DNA of 40,752 nt from a virus (taxonomy: Duplodnaviria; Caudoviricetes): the IMG/VR virus record IMGVR_UViG_3300020138_000011, positions 1-40,752 of that record; one strand, given 5' to 3'. Under the pieces are notes generated by a model, which saw nothing but the letters and a program-made list of their open reading frames with translations, was not told the DNA's origin and did not search any database. The translations under genes and the position numbers were made by a program. This document shows, piece after piece, positions 18,082-24,462 of the stretch (positions within the stretch are counted from its first letter, which is position 1; every line of letters begins with the position of its first letter).

Positions 18082-18252
18082 CTACTTCTTGGTAACGGAT
18101 GTGAAGAGCAGGTGTACTCTCGGCGTGAAGCCCGCTGCTCGGATCACGTTGGAGATCTTCCAGTTCATGTGCACCACGACGGTGGTGATGTAGAAGAGGA
18201 TCTTGTAGATGATCCAGAGGGGGAACAGGATCGGGAGCAAGAGATAACGCAT
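18082..18252 (-). CDS. small membrane protein (56 aa)
   Basis: Hand translation MRYLLLPILFPLWIIYKILFYITTVVVHMNWKISNVIRAAGFTPRVHLLFTSVTKK; GAAAGGA RBS. Confidence 0.8.
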   Translation of the reverse strand: MRYLLLPILFPLWIIYKILFYITTVVVHMNWKISNVIRAAGFTPRVHLLFTSVTKK

Positions 18253-18280
18253 ACTAGTTTCCTTTCAAAGAAGTGGTATG

Positions 18281-18307
18281 TCATTATAAGCCCAGTTTTA
18301 AGTGCGA
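18281..18307 (-). promoter_or_regulatory. 27-bp promoter motif
   Basis: TCGCA-ctt-AAAACT-gggct-TATAATGA. Confidence 0.75.
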
Positions 18308-18308
18308 C

Positions 18309-19079
18309 CTATCCGAACTTGTAGTAATCCCGAACGGGGGTCATTCGATATCCCAGAGCAAGACAAGGCTTATTATCCTCGGAAAGGACTGAGGAGAATT
18401 GGAGATCCATTTGATGATCGACAGTCCACCCAAGCTCTTCCCCCATACCAGTGGGTGCAAGACCGATCAGATTGTAGAACTCATTCTGAGAAGCATACAT
18501 ATCACGAAGAATCTTCGCGTTGATGTCGTTCTGAGCCTTCCGGAGAGTCTCAATGTCGCTACGGAAGTATCGGCCAGTGATGGTCTCGTAGCAGAGAACG
18601 TCGCCATTCCCAGTGATGTAGACTTCCTTATTCGAAACGGGGTCCTCGGCTACCTTATTCTGAGCAACCGAATCTCGAATCTTCTCTTCCTTCTTTGAGC
18701 CGATTTGCTCGACCACAGCGTCCTTATAATCTGAGAACGCCTTTTCCGAAAGAGAATATGCGCTGGCGAGAAGAGCTGCTCGGCGCGACCCTACACGATT
18801 AGCACAAACGATGCACGTAATTGTAAGAGCGCCTGTTACGATTGCTGGAGCGTATACAGGCCCATACACTTTTACATACCGCTTCGCCAGTTCCATCTTT
18901 GTCTGTGGCGACCCGTTGGCGGCCTTGTCCTCTTCACCGCGCCTAAGTGCCTCGGGCGTCGAACGAACAGCCAAGATTGTAGTCCCGATCGTTCCAACAA
19001 CAGCAATACCTGTAAGAATTGCCGGGGCGTTATCCGACACGGTCTTTACAGCCTTCTTAAAGACATCTTGAATCACCAT
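18309..19079 (-). CDS. DUF6353-like membrane-associated protein
   Basis: APAILTGIAVVG, VYAPAI, LASAY and GRYF motifs; paralog of 14220..15098. Confidence 0.7.
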   Translation of the reverse strand: MVIQDVFKKAVKTVSDNAPAILTGIAVVGTIGTTILAVRSTPEALRRGEEDKAANGSPQTKMELAKRYVKVYGPVYAPAIVTGALTITCIVCANRVGSRRAALLASAYSLSEKAFSDYKDAVVEQIGSKKEEKIRDSVAQNKVAEDPVSNKEVYITGNGDVLCYETITGRYFRSDIETLRKAQNDINAKILRDMYASQNEFYNLIGLAPTGMGEELGWTVDHQMDLQFSSVLSEDNKPCLALGYRMTPVRDYYKFG

Positions 19080-19157
19080 AGCCTCCTTTCTAAGCCAAAA
19101 AATGAGAAGATGTGTAGCATAAATACTGCACTAGATATCTAAATATATCTCTTCTTC

Positions 19158-19184
19158 TCATTATAAGATGTGTTTTTTATGCGA
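19158..19184 (-). promoter_or_regulatory. 27-bp promoter motif, followed directly by a hairpin and U-tract
   Basis: TCGCA-taa-AAAACA-catct-TATAATGA. Confidence 0.75.
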
Positions 19185-19196
19185 GGGAAAAAGAAA

Positions 19197-19217
19197 GAAG
19201 CCCTTGTGAGGGGCTTC
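19197..19217 (-). terminator. cassette terminator
   Basis: GAAGCCCCTCACAAGGGCTTC followed by TTTCTTTTT. Confidence 0.8.
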
Positions 19218-19226
19218 AATCTTTGA

Positions 19227-19394
19227 CTAGTTGTACCTAGTGTAGGTCAGATGCCACTGGCCTGTGGTGAACTTGAGCGCAGTCAGAGGGTACTCCACGA
19301 TTCGGAGCGCGTATCGGAGAATCAGCATGAGCATGACAATGACGCGGTACAGAATGACGATGGGGTAAACCAGGATGGCCAAGATCAAACGCAT
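19227..19394 (-). CDS. small membrane protein (55 aa)
   Basis: Hand translation MRLILAILVYPIVILYRVIVMLMLILRYALRIVEYPLTALKFTTGQWHLTYTRYN. Confidence 0.8.
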   Translation of the reverse strand: MRLILAILVYPIVILYRVIVMLMLILRYALRIVEYPLTALKFTTGQWHLTYTRYN

Positions 19395-19428
19395 GGCGTT
19401 TGGTCCTTTCTTATAGTGTACGGGGGTG

Positions 19429-19455
19429 TCACTATAAGCCTTGTTTTGGCTGCGA
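19429..19455 (-). promoter_or_regulatory. 27-bp promoter motif
   Basis: TCGCA-gcc-AAAACA-aggct-TATAGTGA. Confidence 0.75.
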
Positions 19456-19463
19456 AAAAGAAA

Positions 19464-19484
19464 GAGACCCGTGTTAGGGGTCTC
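19464..19484 (-). terminator. cassette terminator
   Basis: GAGACCCCTAACACGGGTCTC followed by a U-tract. Confidence 0.8.
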
Positions 19485-19496
19485 AATCTTTAGAGA

Positions 19497-19610
19497 TCAG
19501 CGATTAGAGTTTCGGATCTCACGAACAAGGACCCAGATGAGCCAGAGTCCTCCGGTGAACAGCGTGAGCGTTGCATCGAGGACGAAGTTCCAAAAGGTGT
19601 ACTTCTTCAT
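19497..19610 (-). CDS. small membrane protein (37 aa)
   Basis: Hand translation MKKYTFWNFVLDATLTLFTGGLWLIWVLVREIRNSNR; GAAAGGA RBS. Confidence 0.8.
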   Translation of the reverse strand: MKKYTFWNFVLDATLTLFTGGLWLIWVLVREIRNSNR

Positions 19611-19641
19611 GACGATTTTCCTTTCAAATCGATGACGGATG

Positions 19642-19668
19642 TCATTATAAGCCCTGTTTTCCATGCGA
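19642..19668 (-). promoter_or_regulatory. 27-bp promoter motif
   Basis: TCGCA-tgg-AAAACA-gggct-TATAATGA. Confidence 0.75.
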
Positions 19669-19676
19669 AAAAGAAA

Positions 19677-19697
19677 GAGACCCGTGTTAGGAGTCTC
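19677..19697 (-). terminator. cassette terminator
   Basis: GAGACTCCTAACACGGGTCTC followed by a U-tract. Confidence 0.8.
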
Positions 19698-19709
19698 TTT
19701 CTTTGCGTC

Positions 19710-19955
19710 CTAGAAATGGTGTTCTTTCACATAAACGATATGCGAGTTGTCGTAAAGAACGATCGGGGCGAAGGTAAAAGCGAGAGGGTCATCATCCAGT
19801 GTGGACACGCAAAGCGCGGTCTTGTTGTAGGGACTCGGGAGAGCAAGCTCCCTGGAGTGTACGAAGACACCGGGCAGTTCGGGATTCAATTGGATGACGT
19901 CCCCTCGCAGAACTTCACCGATCGGCTTGAAAGCCTCAACGGGCACAACGAACAT
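19710..19955 (-). CDS. hypothetical cassette protein (81 aa)
   Basis: Start at MFVVPV behind GAAAGGA, downstream of the promoter motif. Confidence 0.75.
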   Translation of the reverse strand: MFVVPVEAFKPIGEVLRGDVIQLNPELPGVFVHSRELALPSPYNKTALCVSTLDDDPLAFTFAPIVLYDNSHIVYVKEHHF

Positions 19956-19986
19956 AGAAAATGTCCTTTCTAAAAGCGATTGGATG

Positions 19987-20013
19987 TCATTATAAGCCCT
20001 GTTTTCCATGCGA
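19987..20013 (-). promoter_or_regulatory. 27-bp promoter motif
   Basis: Identical to 19642-19668. Confidence 0.75.
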
Positions 20014-20021
20014 AAAAGAAA

Positions 20022-20042
20022 GAGACCCGTGTTGGGGGTCTC
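20022..20042 (-). terminator. cassette terminator
   Basis: GAGACCCCCAACACGGGTCTC followed by a U-tract. Confidence 0.8.
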
Positions 20043-20051
20043 AGTCTTTGA

Positions 20052-20222
20052 CTACTTCTTGTTGAGGTCGTTCACGAGAGCCTTGACCGGGGACTCATAG
20101 CCGAGAAAGCTAATGCATTCCTCTAGCAGACCCAGTACCAACACGATGACGATGACGGGTATGAACAGGATCAGGCTGAGCAGGATGAGCGGAGCGGCGA
20201 TGAGCAACTGGTAGTAGCGCAT
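20052..20222 (-). CDS. small membrane protein (56 aa)
   Basis: Hand translation MRYYQLLIAAPLILLSLILFIPVIVIVLVLGLLEECISFLGYESPVKALVNDLNKK. Confidence 0.8.
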   Translation of the reverse strand: MRYYQLLIAAPLILLSLILFIPVIVIVLVLGLLEECISFLGYESPVKALVNDLNKK

Positions 20223-20255
20223 GGCGAACTAGCCTTTCTAAAAAGGGAATGGTTG

Positions 20256-20282
20256 TCACTATAAGCCCTGTTTTCCATGCGA
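20256..20282 (-). promoter_or_regulatory. 27-bp promoter motif
   Basis: TCGCA-tgg-AAAACA-gggct-TATAGTGA. Confidence 0.75.
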
Positions 20283-20341
20283 ACTCCCCGCCAAAAATCC
20301 CACCCGGGAAAATTTTAGGATGCGATGTTGGAGGTGCGAGA

Positions 20342-20388
20342 AAAAGAGTAAGGCCCGTACGGATATGATGTACGGGCCTTACTCTTTT
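20342..20388 (-). terminator. intrinsic terminator, possibly bidirectional
   Basis: Perfect 19-bp inverted repeat aaaagagtaaggcccgtac/gtacgggccttactctttt. Confidence 0.85.
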
Positions 20389-20413
20389 GAGCAGGTCTAT
20401 AGAAGTAAGCTGG

Positions 20414-20701
20414 TCACGGTCGAGCCTTGACAATGAACGACAACGCCTTGGACGCGATCACATGGCTTCGTTCGAAGCTCAGGATGGTCACGATTCCGAG
20501 GAGGTTGGCCGAGATCGTCAGCACTGTGTCCATGCTAACTCGGTCATTCGTGTTGTACGAACGAGCCTTGTATAGCTGGTCCAGAGCCGACAAGATCTTG
20601 GTGTGCTCGTCAGAACCGACGACTTCATTCTTAAGCTCGTCGAGAGTCTTAGAGATAGCGTCGTCGAGTTGACGGTCTGTCTTGGTCTTAAACAGCGACA
20701 T
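20414..20701 (-). CDS. membrane protein with C-terminal hydrophobic segment
   Basis: GAAAGGAGACC RBS; VLTISANLLGIVTILSF. Confidence 0.8.
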   Translation of the reverse strand: MSLFKTKTDRQLDDAISKTLDELKNEVVGSDEHTKILSALDQLYKARSYNTNDRVSMDTVLTISANLLGIVTILSFERSHVIASKALSFIVKARP

Positions 20702-20723
20702 AGGTCTCCTTTCATAGAGGATG

Positions 20724-20750
20724 TCACTATAAGCCGTGTTACCGGTGCGA
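20724..20750 (-). promoter_or_regulatory. 27-bp promoter motif overlapping the holin stop codon
   Basis: TCGCA-ccg-GTAACA-cggct-TATAGTGA. Confidence 0.7.
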
Positions 20751-21095
20751 CACCTTAACTGTGAGCTCGTTCTTAGAATTCAGAATCGACAGAGGAGTAT
20801 CCACCTCAAGCGAATACACATCCGTGTCATCGTTGGAAGTATCGATAACCAGCGTCCCGTCGAAACGATCTTGGCTATTGCTGTACGACTTAACACTGAT
20901 TCGAAGAACCGTGCCAAGGAATACCGCAATCACAGCCAGGGTGCCCGCGACCTGCTCGACGTTGGGGAACCCCCAGATCTGTGCTAGACCGACATACAGC
21001 GCACTAACTGCTGGAATGACGATCTGAACCAGGAACTTAAGGCGATCGTATGTGAGATTAGAGAGCAACGTATTACTCTTCCCCGCGTTCGTCAT
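20739..21095 (-). CDS. holin (Dp-1-like)
   Basis: LSN.TYD.LK..VQIVIPA..ALY..LAQIWG pattern, two TM segments. Confidence 0.8.
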   Translation of the reverse strand: MTNAGKSNTLLSNLTYDRLKFLVQIVIPAVSALYVGLAQIWGFPNVEQVAGTLAVIAVFLGTVLRISVKSYSNSQDRFDGTLVIDTSNDDTDVYSLEVDTPLSILNSKNELTVKVSHR

Positions 21096-21429
21096 CTTTC
21101 TCCTTCAAAACGGTTGCGATGGGGCTAGACTTGTTTTCAAAAGGTAACTTGTTAACCTCAATCATTACCTTATCCGCTAGTCCGTTCCCACCGAATTTGG
21201 AATACGGATCGTACAAGTACTTTCGAAAATCCTCATACTCATCCTTGGTGAGGTGCCCCCGCTTGATGTAGGACATACCCAAGAAAATGATTCGGTCGTG
21301 CGCAAGCCCCAGCAGTAAAGACTGGATGGCATCCTTTCGACCGCTTCTATTACTCATGTATGCCCAAAATCCTGAAGAGGCCATTACCCCGGCGAGTGAA
21401 GAAATGATGGCTGTTACCAGTGTGTCCAT
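21073..21429 (-). CDS. membrane protein, holin-associated
   Basis: N-terminal TM, LLGLAHDRI and GGNG; adjacent to the holin. Confidence 0.65.
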   Translation of the reverse strand: MDTLVTAIISSLAGVMASSGFWAYMSNRSGRKDAIQSLLLGLAHDRIIFLGMSYIKRGHLTKDEYEDFRKYLYDPYSKFGGNGLADKVMIEVNKLPFENKSSPIATVLKEKDDERGEE

Positions 21430-21452
21430 AGGGCGTTTGTCCGTTTCTATAT

Positions 21453-22166
21453 TTACCCGATGCCGGGCTTCCATACGCCATTTTGCTTAACGAACGGAAT
21501 AGCTTTTCGCCATACACCGCTAACATTCACATAAGCGATCGTATGCTTCCAAGCTCCCGACTGTCTTACTCTTGGACCCCCGTCAAGAAGTAGGAGCGCG
21601 GGCGTAGACCACGGACCCCAACCTTGAGAGTTCCTAGCTCTCACTCGAAAATATGTTACTCTACCAATTGCCGCGTCAGTAATTACTACCGAACGATTCT
21701 TGGTGGTTAGCGATTGCGAACCAGCAAACGTACTATTAACCGAGTACTGAACTTCATAACTAGTGACTAGCGCAGCCAAAGCTGCAGAATATCCCAGAGG
21801 GAAAGACCATGAAAACGAAACGTTAATTGGCCTTGCCAAAGACAATTTTAGATTAACCATTGTTGTCGGAAGCCCCGGAATATATACTACTTCGGGCTCG
21901 CTATATGGACCATAGCCATCAGCGTTGACGCCCCTGACCCTAACCAGCCAGTCCTTACCCCATCCACTGTTTGGGATCGAGATGGCTGCGAAATCCGCGG
22001 ATCCAGGGACATTCATCACTAGAGGATTTCCCCATCCAGACCCAGCCTGTACATACTCAACGCTGTTTGCAATGGCTGACGCTCCTGAGGAAGTAAACCT
22101 AACGTTCACGGAGCTGGTTGGAACAAACGTTAAACTTGTGATTTTTCTGGGTCCTGGGGCAGCCAT
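21453..22166 (-). CDS. minor tail protein with two fibronectin type III-like domains
   Basis: VRVRGVNADGYGPYS and FRVRARNSQGWGPWS; C-terminal W-K/YV repeats. Confidence 0.7.
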   Translation of the reverse strand: MAAPGPRKITSLTFVPTSSVNVRFTSSGASAIANSVEYVQAGSGWGNPLVMNVPGSADFAAISIPNSGWGKDWLVRVRGVNADGYGPYSEPEVVYIPGLPTTMVNLKLSLARPINVSFSWSFPLGYSAALAALVTSYEVQYSVNSTFAGSQSLTTKNRSVVITDAAIGRVTYFRVRARNSQGWGPWSTPALLLLDGGPRVRQSGAWKHTIAYVNVSGVWRKAIPFVKQNGVWKPGIG

Positions 22167-22169
22167 GAT

Positions 22170-22448
22170 CTATCCAATAACCTTGAAGTAGATATCGCCG
22201 TTCTCCCCGCCAGTAGGATCACTCGTCCCATAGCTAAAACCCAAATTAATCTTAGCCTGAGACTTGTTGTTTGCGCCTGTCCCGCCTCGAGACACCGGCC
22301 AAATCCCAAGAACAGAGGCCTTAACCTGAGCAATGAAATCTCGAGTGCGGTTGATCTCACGAGCACCCCAACGAACCCGAGCGTCATCGCTACCCGTATC
22401 TGGAACTAGAGGATAGCCCTGCCCGGTTGCGTCATCTCCGATAGCCAT
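22170..22448 (-). CDS. minor tail protein
   Basis: PVSRGGTGA and G..GDIYF tail-fibre-like motifs. Confidence 0.65.
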   Translation of the reverse strand: MAIGDDATGQGYPLVPDTGSDDARVRWGAREINRTRDFIAQVKASVLGIWPVSRGGTGANNKSQAKINLGFSYGTSDPTGGENGDIYFKVIG

Positions 22449-23629
22449 CAGACATCACTCCAGTTATCACTCACGTCGACCCACTCTTCGGAAGGCGGCC
22501 AACCAAGCCATGTCCCGGGAGTAATCGTCAACTCGGTTGTCAGAGTTGGATACTGTCGATCACCCTCGGCGTCTGAAACGAAGATCTGCTCGGTTACTCG
22601 GACATGAGATGACCAGCCTCGATCATTCTTAATCTCGACCAAGTCACCGAGCTGATAATCTACGCCATATGCGTATGAGCTGTTCTGGGAGATCTCGCCA
22701 TCGAAACCGCTAAACGATCGATGCTGTCCGAGAGCCTCCAAGCCCTTTCTCTGCATGGCGAGGTTTAGGGTGGAGCCAGCGGGGATGTCCAGATCCTCAG
22801 CCATCACTCGAAGAACACGACGCTCGATTCCGCTAACGCTAGAGTTAAAGCCGTTACCATACACTACGGCGACCCCATTTTGAGCGAAGACGTATGCCAC
22901 ATTGTAGAGGTTCGAGATCGACTCAAGTTCCGTCGTCTTAAGTACGTTCTCAAGACTCTGACTGAAGATGACCGGTGGGTTATTAGATTGTCCAGTAGTC
23001 CGATCAAAGCCAGTATAGACAGAGAAGTGAATCTGCTCATGCTGAGGATCCTTGAGAATTCGGAATCCAAGATTGAACGTCTCGCAGATTAGCTTGATCG
23101 TCTCATACATGTTCTGAGAATCCAACTCGAAACTGTAGGTCTCGTCCGGAAACGGAATGTCACCGGTGGGAAGCGGCAAAGAAGATTGCCACATGGAGCT
23201 CAGTTCTGGGATCAGATCGGCGGTGTAGAGAGGGTTCTCAATTAGAAGAATTCGATAGAACTCACTAATTGCCGAAAGCGGACGACCGCCATACCGCCAC
23301 TTATTAAAACCTGCGCCGATAGACGCGTGAATTGACATGGCGACTCGAGACTCGAGTATAACAGCCTCAAGAGACCGTCCAGTAAGCTTACGCTTAACGC
23401 TTCCATCCTCGTCTGTGATTCGCTCGGACGTCTCAACCTTCATGACACGAAGTGAGTCATCAATCGAGATGAAGCTGCCCAGTGCGAGCTTTGCTGAGTC
23501 CCCCCCATCTCCAGGAAGGATCAATTCGAAATCGCCATGGGAATTAAACCGCTCTGTCCAGATGAACGATTCGTAACGATCAATGATTTGATTATTTCGA
23601 AAAGAACCATCTAGGGTGTAGATATCCAT
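22448..23629 (-). CDS. tail hub/baseplate protein (ReqiPepy6 gp37-like)
   Basis: SFIWTERF..GDFEL and YGVDYQLGDLV motifs; follows the distal tail gene. Confidence 0.8.
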   Translation of the reverse strand: MDIYTLDGSFRNNQIIDRYESFIWTERFNSHGDFELILPGDGGDSAKLALGSFISIDDSLRVMKVETSERITDEDGSVKRKLTGRSLEAVILESRVAMSIHASIGAGFNKWRYGGRPLSAISEFYRILLIENPLYTADLIPELSSMWQSSLPLPTGDIPFPDETYSFELDSQNMYETIKLICETFNLGFRILKDPQHEQIHFSVYTGFDRTTGQSNNPPVIFSQSLENVLKTTELESISNLYNVAYVFAQNGVAVVYGNGFNSSVSGIERRVLRVMAEDLDIPAGSTLNLAMQRKGLEALGQHRSFSGFDGEISQNSSYAYGVDYQLGDLVEIKNDRGWSSHVRVTEQIFVSDAEGDRQYPTLTTELTITPGTWLGWPPSEEWVDVSDNWSDV

Positions 23630-24462
23630 TAGAGTCCTCCATACTTCACAGTTACCACATAATCAACCCAAGGAACTGATGGCGGAGACGAAGGCCACCC
23701 AGAGTCAAATATAGAAACGCTATTTGCCCCGGGGGTTACTAGTGGCCAAACAGACCTTGGGGCGATGTACCCCAGCAAGGAAACTTCCTCGTCATCTCGG
23801 ACAAGCGTCAATTCCTTGTTACCCGGAGTGGAATTGAAACGAAGGAGATCTCCGTTTTGGAAGTCGTACAGGACTTCTAGAACTTGCGTCCCGTACTTAG
23901 AATTTACAACTCGGAGACGAAAACCTGAATGATCATCACTGAGCAACGTAAATTCTGCAAATATGCCCGTCTCAACATCTCCGTAATAGTCATAATCCCA
24001 ATCGACGTTAATCTGTTCTGGGGTTACGCTATCGTTCGATCTAAAATATGGATCGAAGCAGAGAATCGAGATGACAGCTTTTGGCTCTCTAGTGAATAAA
24101 GGCGCATCAAGTGACTCAATACGCCCTCGAATCTCACAGAAGAACTCGTTATCCATGAAGAACCGGAGGAGTACCTCCGTTCCAGGCATGAAGAAAGGGT
24201 AAAGCCCCCTCCTCAATTCCTGAACGGAGGTACTCCCCGGGTCGTCCGGCTCAAGACGAAGCGTCGCAACGATGTTCCGCTTGTCCGTCCGACTATTCAT
24301 GAACTGTTCGCCATCAAAGTTTGGGAGGGTTGACGAGGAGAAAGAGGCCTTAGACGGCTCCAATCCCGTGATCTCCTCAATGACATATCCATTTGACGAA
24401 TCGAACATATCAAGAGCCAGTGTCGAACCGGCAGGATTAACAATCTCAATCTTGGTAAGCAT
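23629..24462 (-). CDS. distal tail protein
   Basis: Directly follows the tape measure; CFDPYF and PGAN motifs. Confidence 0.75.
   Translation of the reverse strand: MLTKIEIVNPAGSTLALDMFDSSNGYVIEEITGLEPSKASFSSSTLPNFDGEQFMNSRTDKRNIVATLRLEPDDPGSTSVQELRRGLYPFFMPGTEVLLRFFMDNEFFCEIRGRIESLDAPLFTREPKAVISILCFDPYFRSNDSVTPEQINVDWDYDYYGDVETGIFAEFTLLSDDHSGFRLRVVNSKYGTQVLEVLYDFQNGDLLRFNSTPGNKELTLVRDDEEVSLLGYIAPRSVWPLVTPGANSVSIFDSGWPSSPPSVPWVDYVVTVKYGGL

Noticed and set aside
19956-20009. N-terminal extension MENRAYND of the ORF-track call 19710..20009 (similarly 3870-3932)
   Set aside because: The extension runs through the promoter motif; the RBS supports the downstream start.
18013-20282. Possible CRISPR array, given the repeats and a Cas4-like gene
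   Set aside because: Spacing is irregular and mostly 200-350 nt or more, the intervals hold ORFs with RBSs, and no cas1/cas2 or effector gene is present.
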